A DNA stretch of 63,747 bases, counting the filler, from Klebsormidium nitens (Eukaryota > Plantae > Klebsormidiophyceae): the NCBI GenBank assembly GCA_000708835.1. It is 5 parts of 5 records of this genome, joined end to end, with 100 filler letters (N's around TTAATTAATTAA, not from the genome) between each part and the next. Parts side by side here need not be neighbours in the genome. Positions count along the whole stretch, not along the records: positions 1 to 12,517 come from DF238096.1; positions 12,618 to 21,082 come from DF238244.1; positions 21,183 to 50,273 come from DF237800.1; 2 more parts are not named here. One strand, written 5' to 3'. Below the pieces are notes generated by a model. That model was not told the DNA's origin and searched no databases. It saw nothing but the letters and a program-made list of their open reading frames with translations. Made by a program: the position numbers and the translations under genes. Positions 10,650-22,869 of this stretch are shown piece by piece. The stretch's first letter is position 1; every line of letters starts with the position of its first letter.

Positions 10650-11670
10650 ATCCTTCACTAGGATGAAAAGCTTCATTTTCCTCACTATTTCCCGGATTCC
10701 GTTCATTATTTTCACATTTATTGAAGAGCCGGAAGATTGTGAGGGGAAGGAAGTGCATACATCCCTTTTTTGCCTCAGCAGCTGAGGGTGGTTCACGCTC
10801 GTCCTCATCATCCCTCGGGCCCCCTATACCCTCCCTTTCATCGCCTTCATCACCCTCATTCTCCTCACTGAAGATGAGGAGGATGAGGATGAGGATGAAG
10901 GATGAGGAAGAAGCTGAGGCTGTAATATCCTTTCTTTCTTGAAATTGGGGGCCCTTTACCCCTTTCATTCTCCTCCTCATCCTCTTCATTTTCACTGAAG
11001 ATGATGAGGATGATGAAGATGCGGAGATGGGTGGAGGACGAAAAAAGGGGGCCAGGGGGGGGCTGCCTTTGCCACAGAATTACGAACAAAAGCCGAAGGT
11101 GCAATTTTCATCCTCTTTATTATATTCAGTGAATACAATGAGGCAGAAGAGAACAATGAATGGGGGGTTAGAGGGGGGCCGGGCCTTGGAAGAAAGAGAA
11201 GCCCAAGCCGGGCTGTTCCGGCTCGTCCTCCTCATTATATTCAGTAGATGTAATGAGCCGGAAGAGACCAATGAAACGGGGGTTAGAGGGGGGCCGGGCC
11301 GTGGAGAGAGGAGGGCCCCTTGAAAGGGAGGTTCCGGCTCATCCTCCTCATTATATTCGATGAGTATAATGAGGCAGAGGAGACCGGTGAAGCGGGGGGT
11401 AGAGGGCCCTCTAGAGCCGGGCCGGGGGACTTGGAGAGTGAATCAAAAAGCGGGTCGTTCTCAGCCTCCTCAATCTTTTCAATGAGAATAATGAGGCGGA
11501 GGAGGGCAGTGAAGCCGGGGGTAGAAATAAGGGGGCCAGGACTGAGAAAATGAGGCGGAGGAGGGCAGTGAAGCGGGGGGTAGAGGGGGGCCGGGAGTGA
11601 AGAAAATGAGGCGGAGGAGGGCAGTGAAGCGGGGGGTTAGAGGGGGAGAAGGGAGGATGAGGATGAAGGG
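10650..11670. repeat. Degenerate ~115-bp fold-back minisatellite plus ~57-bp G-rich tandem repeats
   Basis: Recurrent CCTCATTATATTC..GAGTATAATGAGG and GGGGGTTAGAGGGGGGCCGGG near 11110, 11230, 11345 and 11465. ATGAGGCGGAGGAGGGCAGTGAAGC occurs at ~11490, 11550 and 11606. Confidence 0.8.
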
Positions 11671-12492
11671 GTATCTTTATAGGTGTTCGTTACTTTCAAT
11701 GAGGAGAAAATTAGGTTGAAGTGGGAAAGTTGTAATTATTACAAGCCCATTCGTACTTTCTCAAATATGATGAAAGTAGAGCTAGAGAAAAGTTCTTGTC
11801 AGAAATTCCTTTCACAGTCTGCTCAACAAGTATGCAAGCAACCGCATTCATTATATGAAGAGCTACAGTGCTCGTGTAGCAGCTGCCGGTTTGGATTGGT
11901 CTGAGAATAGGGACCGACAGGTGTTAGAACAGAAGATCAGGATAGCGGCAAGCACCACAATAAGAAAACAATCAGCAAATAGGAATGTGCTTGCTCCAAA
12001 GACCTTTTGCTGGAAGAGCACTGTCTGGAGTAGGCTTGCATTGATCTAATTGCTTCTTGTGCAAATCGTAAATATTCATGAGACCGTCGGCTGGAGCCGC
12101 AAGTTATTCTGTCCTTGAAGGACGTCCCATCCTATTGGGTTGTTCTGAACTTGTTCAATTCCAATTACTGTCATGGCACGTTCAGCGTGGATCTCGGGGG
12201 GCCTAGACAGCGGCAATGCATTGTGGAAGCAGAAAAGGTGAGCTACCAGAACTGATGGCACATTCAGGTAGCACATTTTAGGTCTTAATACATTTGTTTG
12301 TGGTACGCTTTTCTTTGTGCACCGGACAAAGCTTTCTTAAAGTGCGCTCAACAATGTAATGGTCAAGTTTGTTAAGGCTGGACAAGTTGCGGCACAGGTT
12401 GGGCATGGTTGCGCTTGTCCAGTGTTTGACAACCTTGGCTGCACTGCAATTGGGGCAACGAAAGAATATAGTTCTTAAGCTGGTCACTGATT

Positions 12493-12517
12493 GGGGAGGG
12501 GGGTGTGACGGTTGGAC
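12493..12517 (+). mobile_element. Purine tract plus start of an LTR, truncated by a gap
   Basis: GGGGAGGGGGG followed by TGTGACGGTTGGAC. The same 14-mer starts the LTR at 62538. Confidence 0.6.
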
Positions 12518-13241
12518 NNNNNNNNNNNNNNNNNNNNNNNNNNNNNNNNNNNNNNNNNNNNTTAATTAATTAANNNNNNNNNNNNNNNNNNNNNNNNNNN
12601 NNNNNNNNNNNNNNNNNCCTCCTTTGCGAGCGTCATACAAGATCTGCTGCTCCAAAAAGGTGAGCTTGGTTTGTGATCAAGAGCATGTCACAAAATCCTT
12701 GAAGGTAGAATTCACAAGTGCAACTAGTATATAGTGCAAGCAAAGCAATTGCATGACGATCCATGCCTGCGCGTGCGCAACTCAGCTCAATGAGGGTACC
12801 TTTTGCATCTGCCAAAGCTTCAACACCGGACTGCGTATTTCGCAGCGCATCCGGGTGCCCGTAACCTTTAGCGCATGAGGTATTGCATGGAGACACTTCT
12901 GATCGAGTTCAACTCATCAGCATCTCCGCGCCTTGTTATGTCTCTTGGATAGATGTGCTCGTCAAAAGGAGCGGCGCTCTAGTATTGCTGCTAACAGTGT
13001 AGACTTCAAGCAGATTCTTATCATAGGCCTTCATGTCTTCAGCATGATTTGAGATCGAGAGTAAAGAGTCATTAAATCGTTGCTGCTCGTTACCCTAGCA
13101 TGCTTTTTCCTAGGACCCAGCTTCCGCAAACTCAGTTTGCAATTTATCACTTGTTCACAAGAGACGCTTCTTTTCTCTTTTAAATCACCTAGACGCTAGG
13201 AATGCCCTCGAGGCAGACTGGGGGCGCTACATATGCGCTTA

Positions 13242-13798
13242 TGTTGAGAAACGGAGTTGATTGACGGCCAAATTGTTGAGTTAGGCTCGATAGATTTGAG
13301 CCGTAGGATAGTGAGTTTTGTCGTGTGATATCGACCGTAGGATTGTGTTTGTCGCGAGTAATATCGACGGTAGAATTGGAAGTTTGTGTCGTTGAGTATC
13401 CGATTGCGTGTTGCTCGGTGTTTGGATCGTTAGATGTGAGTCGACTCGAGTAGTATAGTAACCCGACCACTAGTAGTACGGCACTACCGACCACTAGTAG
13501 TATAGTGCCCCGGTCACAAGTCCGAATGGAATATAGGCCGTATTGTGAGTAGTAGAGTGACCGGTTGATGGAAAGGAGTCCATATAGTTGAACCGACTAG
13601 TGGGTGGTGGAAGATATCCGACCTAGGCTAGAGTACATGTAGCTACGGGATTGGAGTGACTTGGACTATTGTGATGTGATGGATATTTCATTCTGTTAGA
13701 GATGCTTGAAGAGAGGAAGGCGCTTCTTTGTGAAGGCGCTTATGTTTGAGGGTGGTTGGACCCTAGCTTGTGACAAGCATGAGTGAATGATTTCAACA
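13242..13798. mobile_element. Solo LTR inserted in the satellite
   Basis: TGTTGAGAA..TTTCAACA termini. TSD GCTTA/GCTCA (1 mismatch). Removal restores the satellite consensus ATATGCGCTCATGCC. Confidence 0.88.
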
Positions 13799-14391
13799 GC
13801 TCATGCCTGACACTGTGCGCATGAATGCCCCTTTGTCGCATGACAGCCGCATCTGGCGCCCTTCATTTCCAATTTCCAACTCACCAAACCTTGTAAGCAT
13901 TGTCGATGAGCCTTGGGGAACCCACGTTTTGGCTTGGATTGCTCGCAATGCCCTCGAGGCAAAACTTGCGGCGCTACATATACGCTCATGACTCACACTG
14001 CGCGCTTGCGCAGAATGCCCCCTCGTCGCATCACAGCCGCACCTGGAACCCTCTATTTCCACATTCGAGAACAAACCCCTGGGACGTACATCACGTTCTG
14101 CAGAGTTACCAGACAGTCTCCCGTCGGTGTCGCACACAGCAGCTCAACCGAGCCGCTCCCCTCTGCCCACAAGGTTCCCTTGTCCCCGAACGTGAACTCT
14201 CGGCCACTTCATATACATTGTCACCAAAACTTGCACGAGTTGCATATGGGCCTCGAGGGACCCACGAGTTGGCTTGATCGCTCGGAGTGCCCTCGAGGCA
14301 AAACTTGGGGCGCTACATATGCGCTCATGCCTCACATCGCGCGCTTGCGCGGAATGCCTCTTTGTCGCACCACAGCCGCAGCTGGCACCCT

Positions 14392-15456
14392 CACGGAACA
14401 GCTACGGTGCAAATTAGATTGCGGCGGATGTGCGCCGTCGAGCGGGGACATTTGGCAGGAGTTCCGTACCAATCGATTTTGGTGATCGGGCCATTTCCGG
14501 TCACCCGCCGGGGCAGACAAATTTCACCGGCGCGGTACTTTGGTAGGAATTTACGGCAAATTATCCCCAAATTGGAGTTTTTAGAATTTGCTCGGAAGTG
14601 GTTTCAGCGGGTAACTTGGAACGTAACGCTCATAGTAGCTGAAGCATGTATTAGCTACGGCCGGCTCATTTCATGGAGCGACCGGTGTATGCTTGTTTAC
14701 ATTACCCTAAGTCAGCACCGCCCCAAGTTTTACCTCGTGTACTGATCGGTCTCCTTTCTAGCGGCTGCATGCCTGGCGGTACTGTAACGGTACAGACTTC
14801 TCTGACACCAGGTCCCGGTACTCGGGATCAGTTGCGGTAGCATCTTTAGTTACCGGTAGATCCTTAAGCCGTACATACTTCTACCGGTCTATCGTACGTA
14901 AAATGCTGCCCCGAGCAGAGCAAAGGCTCAGAAAATGACCGGTTGGTGGGAACTCCAGGAGGTGCCAGAGCATTGTAGTGGTCATGACGTTGAAGATCCA
15001 AATTTGAAATGTGGATGTGAAATTCTCTCCTTGAACTTCAAGATTTGTATTCTCAAAGACGCTCCTCCTTTGCCTACCTTCACCTCATTTCTAACATAGA
15101 TTCAAGTAAAAAAGGTAACTTCTGGCTCAGAAATTTACCCCATGCTCTACAGGACATCAAGCATGAACACCCAGTCAACGTAGCATCTCTGTATCTCTCC
15201 TAGAACTCCTGTAGTAGTCAAGCTATGACACCCCAATTTTACTGGCAAATTTGGACAATCTGGGGCAATATCGCCGCAGACCGTCAAAAGTTCGGGGAAA
15301 ATTGGTATGATCGACCGACGAGTTACCTACCAAGTACCTAGAATTGACCCGTCGAAAATCGACCGTACGGTCGCAATATCCTACGGAGTCTGCCGGCGAT
15401 AAAATCAATTCCGCGCGATTTGCCACGGCCGCATTTTGCACCGTAGCGGTCCCGTG
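14392..15456. mobile_element. Non-autonomous TIR DNA transposon, CAC..GTG termini, CMC/EnSpm-like
   Basis: TIR CACGGAACAGCTACGGTGCAAATT pairs with ATTTTGCACCGTAGCGGTCCCGTG. 2-bp TSD CT. Removal restores satellite GGCACCCTCCATTTCCAAC. No long ORF. Confidence 0.88.
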
Positions 15457-17699
15457 CTCCATTTCCAACTTCCAACTCACTAAACCTTGTAAGCATTGTC
15501 AATGAGCCTTGGGGGTCCCAAGCATCGGCTTGGATTACTTGGAATGCCCTCGAGGCAAAACTTGGGGCGCTACATACGCGGGCATGCCTCACATCGCGCG
15601 CTTGCGCGGAATGCCCCTTTGTAGCATCACAGCCGCACCAGGAACCCTCAATTTCCACATTCGAGCTCACCAATCTTGCACGCATTGCGTACGATCCTCG
15701 AGTGACCCAAGAATTGGCTTGGATCGCTCGGAAATGCCCTCAAGGCAAAACTTGTGGCGCTACATATGCGCTCATGCCTCACACTGCGCTTTTGCGCAGA
15801 ATGCCCCTTGAGTCACATCACAATTGCACCTGAAACCCTCTATTTCAACATTTGAGGTCATAAAATCTTGCACGCATTGCATATGGGCCTCGAGGGGCCC
15901 ACGGATTGGCTTGAAGCGCTCGAAATGCATTTGAGGCAAAACTTGGGGTGCTACATATGCGCTCCTGCCTCACAGGGCGCCCTTGCGCAAAATGCCCCTT
16001 TGTCACATCACAGCCGCACCTGGCGCCCTTCATGTTCAATTTCTAAGCCACTAAACCTTGTATGCATTGCATATGGGCCTTGAGGGACCCAAGAAGGGGC
16101 TTGGATCGCTCGTAAAGCCCTCCAGGCTAAACTTAGGGCGCTACATATGCGGTCATGCCTCATACCGCGCGCTTGCGCAGAATGCCTATTTGTAGCATCA
16201 CAGTCGCACCAAGAACTTTCTATTTCCACATTCGAGCTTACTAAATCTTGCACGCATCGCATATGGGCCTCGAGGGACCCACGAGTTGGCTTGGATCGCT
16301 CGGAGTGCCCTCGAGGCAAACCTTGGGGCGCTTCATATGCGCTCTTGCCTCACAACGCGCGCTTGCGCAGAATGCCCCTTTGTGGCATCAAAGCGGCACT
16401 TGGCGCCCTCCATTTTCAACTTCCAATCCACCCTCAACCTTGTAAGCATTTTGAATGAGCCTTTGAGGACCCACGACTCGGCTTGGATCGCTTGGAATGC
16501 CCTCGAGGCAAAACTTGGGGCGCAACATATGCGGTCATGCCTCAACACCGCGCGCTTCTGCATGATGCTCCCTCATCGCATCAGAGCCGCACCTGGAACC
16601 GACTATTTCCACGTTCGAGCTTACTGATTCTTGCACGCATTGCATATTGGCCTCGAGGGACCTACGAATTAGCTTCGACCGCTCAGAATGCCCGCGACGC
16701 AAAACCTGGGCCGCTTCATATGCGCTCATGCCTCACACCGCTGCATCTGCGCATAATGCCCCTCGTCGCATCCGACGCAACCGCACTTGGTGCCCTCTAA
16801 TGCCAAATTCAAACGAGCTCACCGAACCTTGTACGCATTGCATATGAGGCTCGAGGGATCCACAAAGCAACTTGGATCGCTTGGAGCGCTCCGCACTACG
16901 GAACATCAAAAATCAACTTCAGAGAAACAATGATCTATTCCGAAGCTCGTCACACGATCCATGAGTGCTGCAGCGCCGCATGCAATTTAGGACGAGAAGG
17001 CTCTGACGGAGCTCAGCCTAGCAGCTTAGTGGGCTGCACATGCGCGACTCGCGATCCACAAGGGCGGCTGCCCGCGCAGCGTTTCAACTGCTGAGTGTCG
17101 TTTGGTTTTTAATTGGGCCCGTCATCAAATTGAAAGCGGAACCTTGCCGGCGATAAAGCCTACAGAATGCAAGCGTGCAAAAACACATGACCTCCACCGC
17201 CATCGCAAAAAGTACATGTTTATTTGCATGGCGCGACGGTGGTACACTGAACCAACGTACGCGCTTGATCTGCGCGAGCGTTGCAAGCATGGTTCTCCAT
17301 TCACATCAGCAACAATTGTAAGAACTTGCGCAGAAATGCGCTTTATCGGTATGTGACGGTGCCAGCTCTTTGTGCAATGATTTCACCTCTGCCAGAACGT
17401 ACGCGGCATGCTGAGGCTGAATTCAATTTCTATGTAATTACAAGCAATGGCGTCATGGCGGCCCCACATCCATTTGTGAGCACCTTTCCGGCCCAAGCGA
17501 CTTGCGCCGCGCGGCCTTTTAAGCCACGTCCACCAATTTCAATTTAGGTCATGATGGCGCTGGATGGGCCAGAGGCTTACAGCATTCAGCTAGAGCTTTG
17601 TAGCAGTATATGCTTTTGTGGTCAATCGCCCGCCGCTACCCTCATCGCCGTGGCATGATTTTTTTATCTAAGTGCGATTCATTGCATTGGTTCATGTCA

Positions 17700-19875
17700 T
17701 GCATACCCGAGTGGCAACGGCAATGGTTATGATGCGGCAAGTCGTCGTAATATCGATAACTTGATATGCTTGGCATGACAAAGGACTCCTACACAGGATC
17801 TTCCATTGGATATGGTGAGCAATACCGAAGAGGCCTTAAGGAGGATTCAAGAACACTCGTTCGCGCTCGAAGCGAATGCCAAGTCCTTGCTCATTGCTAC
17901 TTTGGGAAAACATTGATCACTCAATCTTCCCGCGCAGCAAGTCGATGATAATTTGTCGCCTCAATGCAGGCATGTCGGCCTGCATAAGAAGCAGGTTGGG
18001 GCTATAATCGAGAGCGGTGTCAACGTACATAGGTTGATTTAACCCGCTTTGCTCAGTGTCACATCCCGGGCGTATCAAGGCTTCACTATAGCAAGAACAA
18101 GGTCAATGACGGCTTTGTGAAAGCAAGTAGGCATATTTCCTTTCCTATTTTGTGCCAGACTCAAGAACATTGTTTCGTGATTGCAAGATTGGATTGGGCA
18201 TGCCTCACCTGTTTAAGGTCAATGACAGCGTCCTTGCTCACGTATTTAGCAAACTTCAGCATGAAGATGCCACAATCGTACCTTTAAACAGCCCAATAGA
18301 AACAACTTGTCGAAGCGGCCCCTCTTACAGACGAGTTGCCTTGCAAACAAGACAATCCTGAACGAGCCGAATATGCCTATCAAAGCTCCACAATGCGGAT
18401 GAGTTCAACCTTTTCATGCATAAAGAACAAGCAAGCTGGGAACGAGAACAGTACGCGACAGAAAAGGTGACGTTGAGCTGCACGAATCCGCGGCTTACTG
18501 GTTCCGTTGTTTTGGGATATCTTTGCAGTATACACGTTCCCACCCTGTCGCGTTTACTTCGGGCCCTCTGTGAGCCTTTGACTCGTTAGCGATGTACCTT
18601 GCTTGCAGTTGAAATCAAGCGTTTGTCAACGCCCTTCGCATTCATTCGAGCTGGCAACCTATACGCTGAAATGGAGATAAGAGCATTGGGATCAGAATCG
18701 GGAACGTTGATATAAGCGTCAACGCCTGTGTCTGCTTATTCATGGTTGTAGACATAGTTATAGACAAGCTGAGTCAATGATTTAAACCTTAATGCTACAC
18801 CGTGTTGATAGTGTGTGCGGTTTGCTTACCAAGTCGCTGAGTACGACCCTCGGCTGAGTTGCTGAATATAGATACCGCTTTCCGGCAGTGTTTTTAAAAA
18901 CGGGATCGAAGTACTCGAGAATCTGGTCTCGCAGATTGATCATGCCGAGCGCGACGTGCGACGATTGGAAGACTGGGACGATGATCTGCGGTTGATAACA
19001 AATCTGAAAAGTGCGAGCCTTTGCATGAAGAAGGATTGCTAGGCATTCAGCAGGAGCACTTTTGTCCGAGTAAGATGTTGGAGCAGATTGAAAATAGTGT
19101 CAAAATTGGTTGATCATTCTTCGCCTAGCCCGCAAGTAGCATGTCCCTTTCCCTTGTCAAAGTCGGTTACTTTCTGTCCTGGTTGCCGCCAATTGTTTCC
19201 CTACCGCTTTTAACCTCGTTGTAATCGTACACCTTGCCCAACGGATGGAGTTGTGCATAAAAACGAAGAGTCGAGATTCTGCTAGCAATCTATACTTAAA
19301 AATGCGGTTACTCAAGCTCTGACGAGCTTCTTTGCGGTTCTGTTGAAGATTGGACAAGCTCATCATGTACAGCTCCCACTTGCCTTCACTCACACCTAAG
19401 CATTATTTACTACAGCATTGCACCTAACTCCGACCCACTCGAAGCTATGGACATATTGTTATAAAGCTTACCTTCGTGTAGAAGAGAATTTTCAGAAATT
19501 GGCACGTCTACGCAAGTGGGGACCCGGATTGCCTAGCGCGTTCTTGGCGCTCCCCTAGGAGCGTCATGTACACAGCGATGACCTGCAAAATGAGGCAAGA
19601 TTCGAAAGCTCAAGGTCTGAAAAAGCCTTAGAGCATCGAAAGAACATCATCGAGTGCTTAGAGCGAGGTGCTCGGCAGTGGCGCGTCCAAACTTCCTGCC
19701 TGTGTGGACGGTGAATGTCCGACCGCTTGGTCGGCCAAGACCGCGCCCGCCCAATTGCCTCAAACTGTTTGAAGCTGTAGCTAGCTTTAAAAACGCTTCG
19801 AACCCTCACGGCTTTGCCACTGGAGGCAAGGCCAGCACAGGAGCAGCTAATTCGTAGTTTGCTTCGACGACACTA
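17700..19875 (-). pseudogene. Highly degenerate Ty1/Copia gag-protease-integrase
   Basis: Minus-strand remnants: zinc-knuckle-like NCKQG..IANE (~18600), protease-like IDLKQVRH (~18200), CDQC and LSI.DD integrase start (~17750-17910). Lies directly downstream of the PBS. Many stops and indels. Confidence 0.55.
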
Positions 19876-20416
19876 GCAACCTGATACCATGAGAGTAAAG
19901 GTTGGAATAAGAACCTGATCCCCAAGCCACTGCTTTGGGCCTGAATCGAAGGAGATACTTTTTATCAAGGACCCACCCGCTGGCCAAGTCAATTCGCCTG
20001 CAGTAAAACGTTATGCTCAATTAAAGCGGGATCGAGTACATCTAGAGTTCACAATTACCGTCTGGATCAATGAACTCTTCGATGAAGGAAGCCTTATCCG
20101 TCACCGACTTCCAGGTCCGATGACTTCTAGGTCGGACAGACTAGGCCGGCTTGCAGGAACATGGTTCTAAAGCAACCTTTGGGAAGTGAGGTTCTTAGGC
20201 GATCCACGAGCAAACTCACCGGCACTTACCTTCCATGATCTCCTTGACTGTTTTGACTTCCTCTTGAGTTAGATCCGTTCCAAACTCCGTCGCCTGTACG
20301 AACTATAACACTAGGGTTTAAAAATACAAAATCTAACGTCTTCAAGGCCAAAGACTACCAACCGACTTGCGAGAGTAAATTTGTGTAGTACGTTGACCAA
20401 CGGAACCTATCGCACA
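19876..20416 (-). mobile_element. 5' LTR (19890-20416) with tRNA-iMet-type PBS on the minus strand
   Basis: Plus strand TG(19890)..CA(20416). The adjacent CTGATACCA (19881-19889) reads TGGTATCAG on the minus strand. Confidence 0.75.
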
Positions 20417-20779
20417 CGAACCTCGTGAGGAGTAGGTAGCCCGAGTTGCCTTCGAGAGCTCCTCCTCGCTAGAAGAGACTCCCCCGTGGGTTGTACGCCT
20501 TGGCTTGTGGTGTCAGCGGCGGATGGCGGCGCACTAGTGTCTACTCCGCCGCTACTTGGATTGTCGCTAGAGCTGCTACTTGCACGGGTGTCAAAGCTGG
20601 GCGCGGCGGCGTTCTTTTTCAGACCATAATACATACCCCTAGCTCTTACAGGATTCTTTCTCCCGTAGTGCTCGCGCTTCAATTGCAAGGCGTTCTTGAG
20701 AACGTCCTTTGAAAGCTGTTGCACTTCAAGCGAGCATGTAGACTTTCCGGGCAAAGCAAACCGATGGTGCTCTTCTCTG

Positions 20780-21022
20780 ACTGTTGTTGGAATTCGGTGA
20801 TTATAGTCAGCCGAATTACTGTGATTAGGGTTCGGCCCGAGTTAGGGTTTGGACTAGTGAGAACGCCGACGTGCGTGTACGGCGGTTGGACGGTTAAACC
20901 GTTAGGCGGTTTGGAGGTTAGGCGGTTGAGAGCGGCCGTAGATGAGGATATCGAAGGCTAAGATTGAGTGTGACTGTGAGCTAGGCTAGTGAGCCTAGTA
21001 GTGTGATTTATGCTAGTGAGCC
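20780..21022. mobile_element. LTR-like fragment truncated by a gap
   Basis: Composition and short CTAG/TAGT iterations resemble the other LTRs here (e.g. 13242-13798). No TSD or second copy visible. Confidence 0.3.
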
Positions 21023-22869
21023 TAGTGGAACGGGAGAGACCCGTAAGACTTATGGTGGTGGAAACCACTATTGTGATACATCNNNNNNNNNNNNNNNNNN
21101 NNNNNNNNNNNNNNNNNNNNNNNNNNTTAATTAATTAANNNNNNNNNNNNNNNNNNNNNNNNNNNNNNNNNNNNNNNNNNNNAGAGCCTCGAGCCCCAAC
21201 TATCGAACGCCTTGAGATTCACACCCAGTGTGCTGACTCTTTATTGCCAGAACATCAAGAATGGTCGCGGGGACACCGTCTGCGGAAGGTAAACCCAGTC
21301 CAGAAGTTGTGAAGCGGGATTGAGTTGAAATTCTGCTTACGTTAATTGCATCAGGATATTTTGCGAGTAACCTTTTGCAAATATGAAGCTGATTAGAAGT
21401 TGATCACGGAGCAAACCTGCCACTCTTTCAGTAGCAACCGGCAGGCTTCAGATCTGGCAGCGGTTGAGGGTGAAGCCTCAACGTTTTCCTATCATCGCCA
21501 AGTGCTCGAGCAGGATCGAGGCCGTTGCTGTTTTCAGACGATTTACAGGTTGATCCTTTCCTGAACTTAAAGGATACATTGAAGAAGGGGGTGTTTTTGC
21601 ATAGACGAGCATGCGGCAAGTCACAGTGCTTGAGCAATTGTGAAAACCAATACATTCCAAATTCAAGATCGGCTCCACGTGCGTCTGCACACCAGGATTT
21701 TAACAATCACTAGACAAGTCCGTCTCGCACTTGCTTCCAATCGCGGTCGTGTTTAGCGAGATTCCCGAACGTGCCAGATGCGGACACTCTGAGCCGCTGT
21801 CAAATGGTCTGTACATGGACGAGAAAAGGCGAGCACTCTTCACGACGCGCGCGCGGCCCAGAGAATCGGCATACTCTCCCAGCTTATCGCTTTTCCGCTT
21901 TGAAGGCTCCGCTCATCCCCAGTCCGCCAGGGACTCTCTCTGTTCCGTTCCGTCTGCCTTTGGGCTTCCTTTGTTTGGTTCAGGTTCCTTCCGACGTCGT
22001 TGCTTTCTTTCGCGCTTTTCAGACGGCCCTAGCTTGTTCCGCCGCTCCAGGTATCAGGTACAATTTTTCCGTACACCTTGCTTCGTCTGCACCTCCGTTC
22101 CGCTCTCGCCCACCGGGCCGGATCATTCCGTTCTGCAGGCGAATACTTGACCTGCCGTGGACGCGCGCCAAATCGCGCAAGCAACGGCTTGAGACAACAT
22201 CGACGCTGTACCATGCGCACAAATTATCAAATACATAGTGTCTGTGAACAACGTTTCGACATATTGCAAAGCATCTAGCTAGATCCCGAGACCCAAATCC
22301 ACAACCAGAATGCCATGCTCTGATGCAGAGGTCGAAGGCTCAGACTTCATGCATGATCCACCCCTGCAATGAGGCGCACCTCACTTAATGTCGGTCGTCG
22401 TAGCCATATGTACAGCACAGTCGTTATAAGGACAACGAAGTCAAGTTATAAACTAAGGTAAGCAGGGCGGGTGCAATTGACCAAGTGTTTTAAAAAGCCT
22501 AGGATACACCACCCTCTTTTTATCTGGCCCTAATTCGAACGAAAGATGGCCCTGACGACTGATTCCCGTTCTGACCTCAAGCACTTGGCATAACCATCTT
22601 GGACATCAAAGAATGGTTGTGGTGTTTGACAGTCAATGGCCTGATCACCTCAGTACTTCTGATCAAAATATAAATATTGGCAAACGCCCATATGCATCAG
22701 TGTTGGAAAAAGCGTTGGGGCGCCGACACAACCAAACCTTGCACCCTCCCCGCGCTCTAAAAGCAATCGAAGTTTCTACAATTGTCTGGGAATTCAGCAA
22801 TGTATCGGAGACAACGCTCGGCAGACTGTCTCCTGAGTTCCAAAGGAATCCTTCCGCCACAGCCTCAAC

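Larger units (their letters stand above)
13198..16880. repeat. ~190-bp tandem satellite, interrupted by insertions
   Basis: Anchor AATGCCCTCGAGGC-like at 13201, 13947, 14286, 15543, 15733, 15924, 16114, 16304, 16496 and 16687; spacing 190-192 where uninterrupted. Core GGCAAAACTTGGGGCGCTACATATGCGCTCATGCCTCAC. Confidence 0.95.

Noticed and set aside
11150-11650. Telomere-like GGGTTAG motifs
   Set aside because: Single motifs embedded in longer minisatellite units, never tandem telomeric repeats.
12620-13195. Possible retroelement gag remnant on the minus strand
   Set aside because: Only a vague resemblance, with multiple stops and no diagnostic motif, so no family can be supported.
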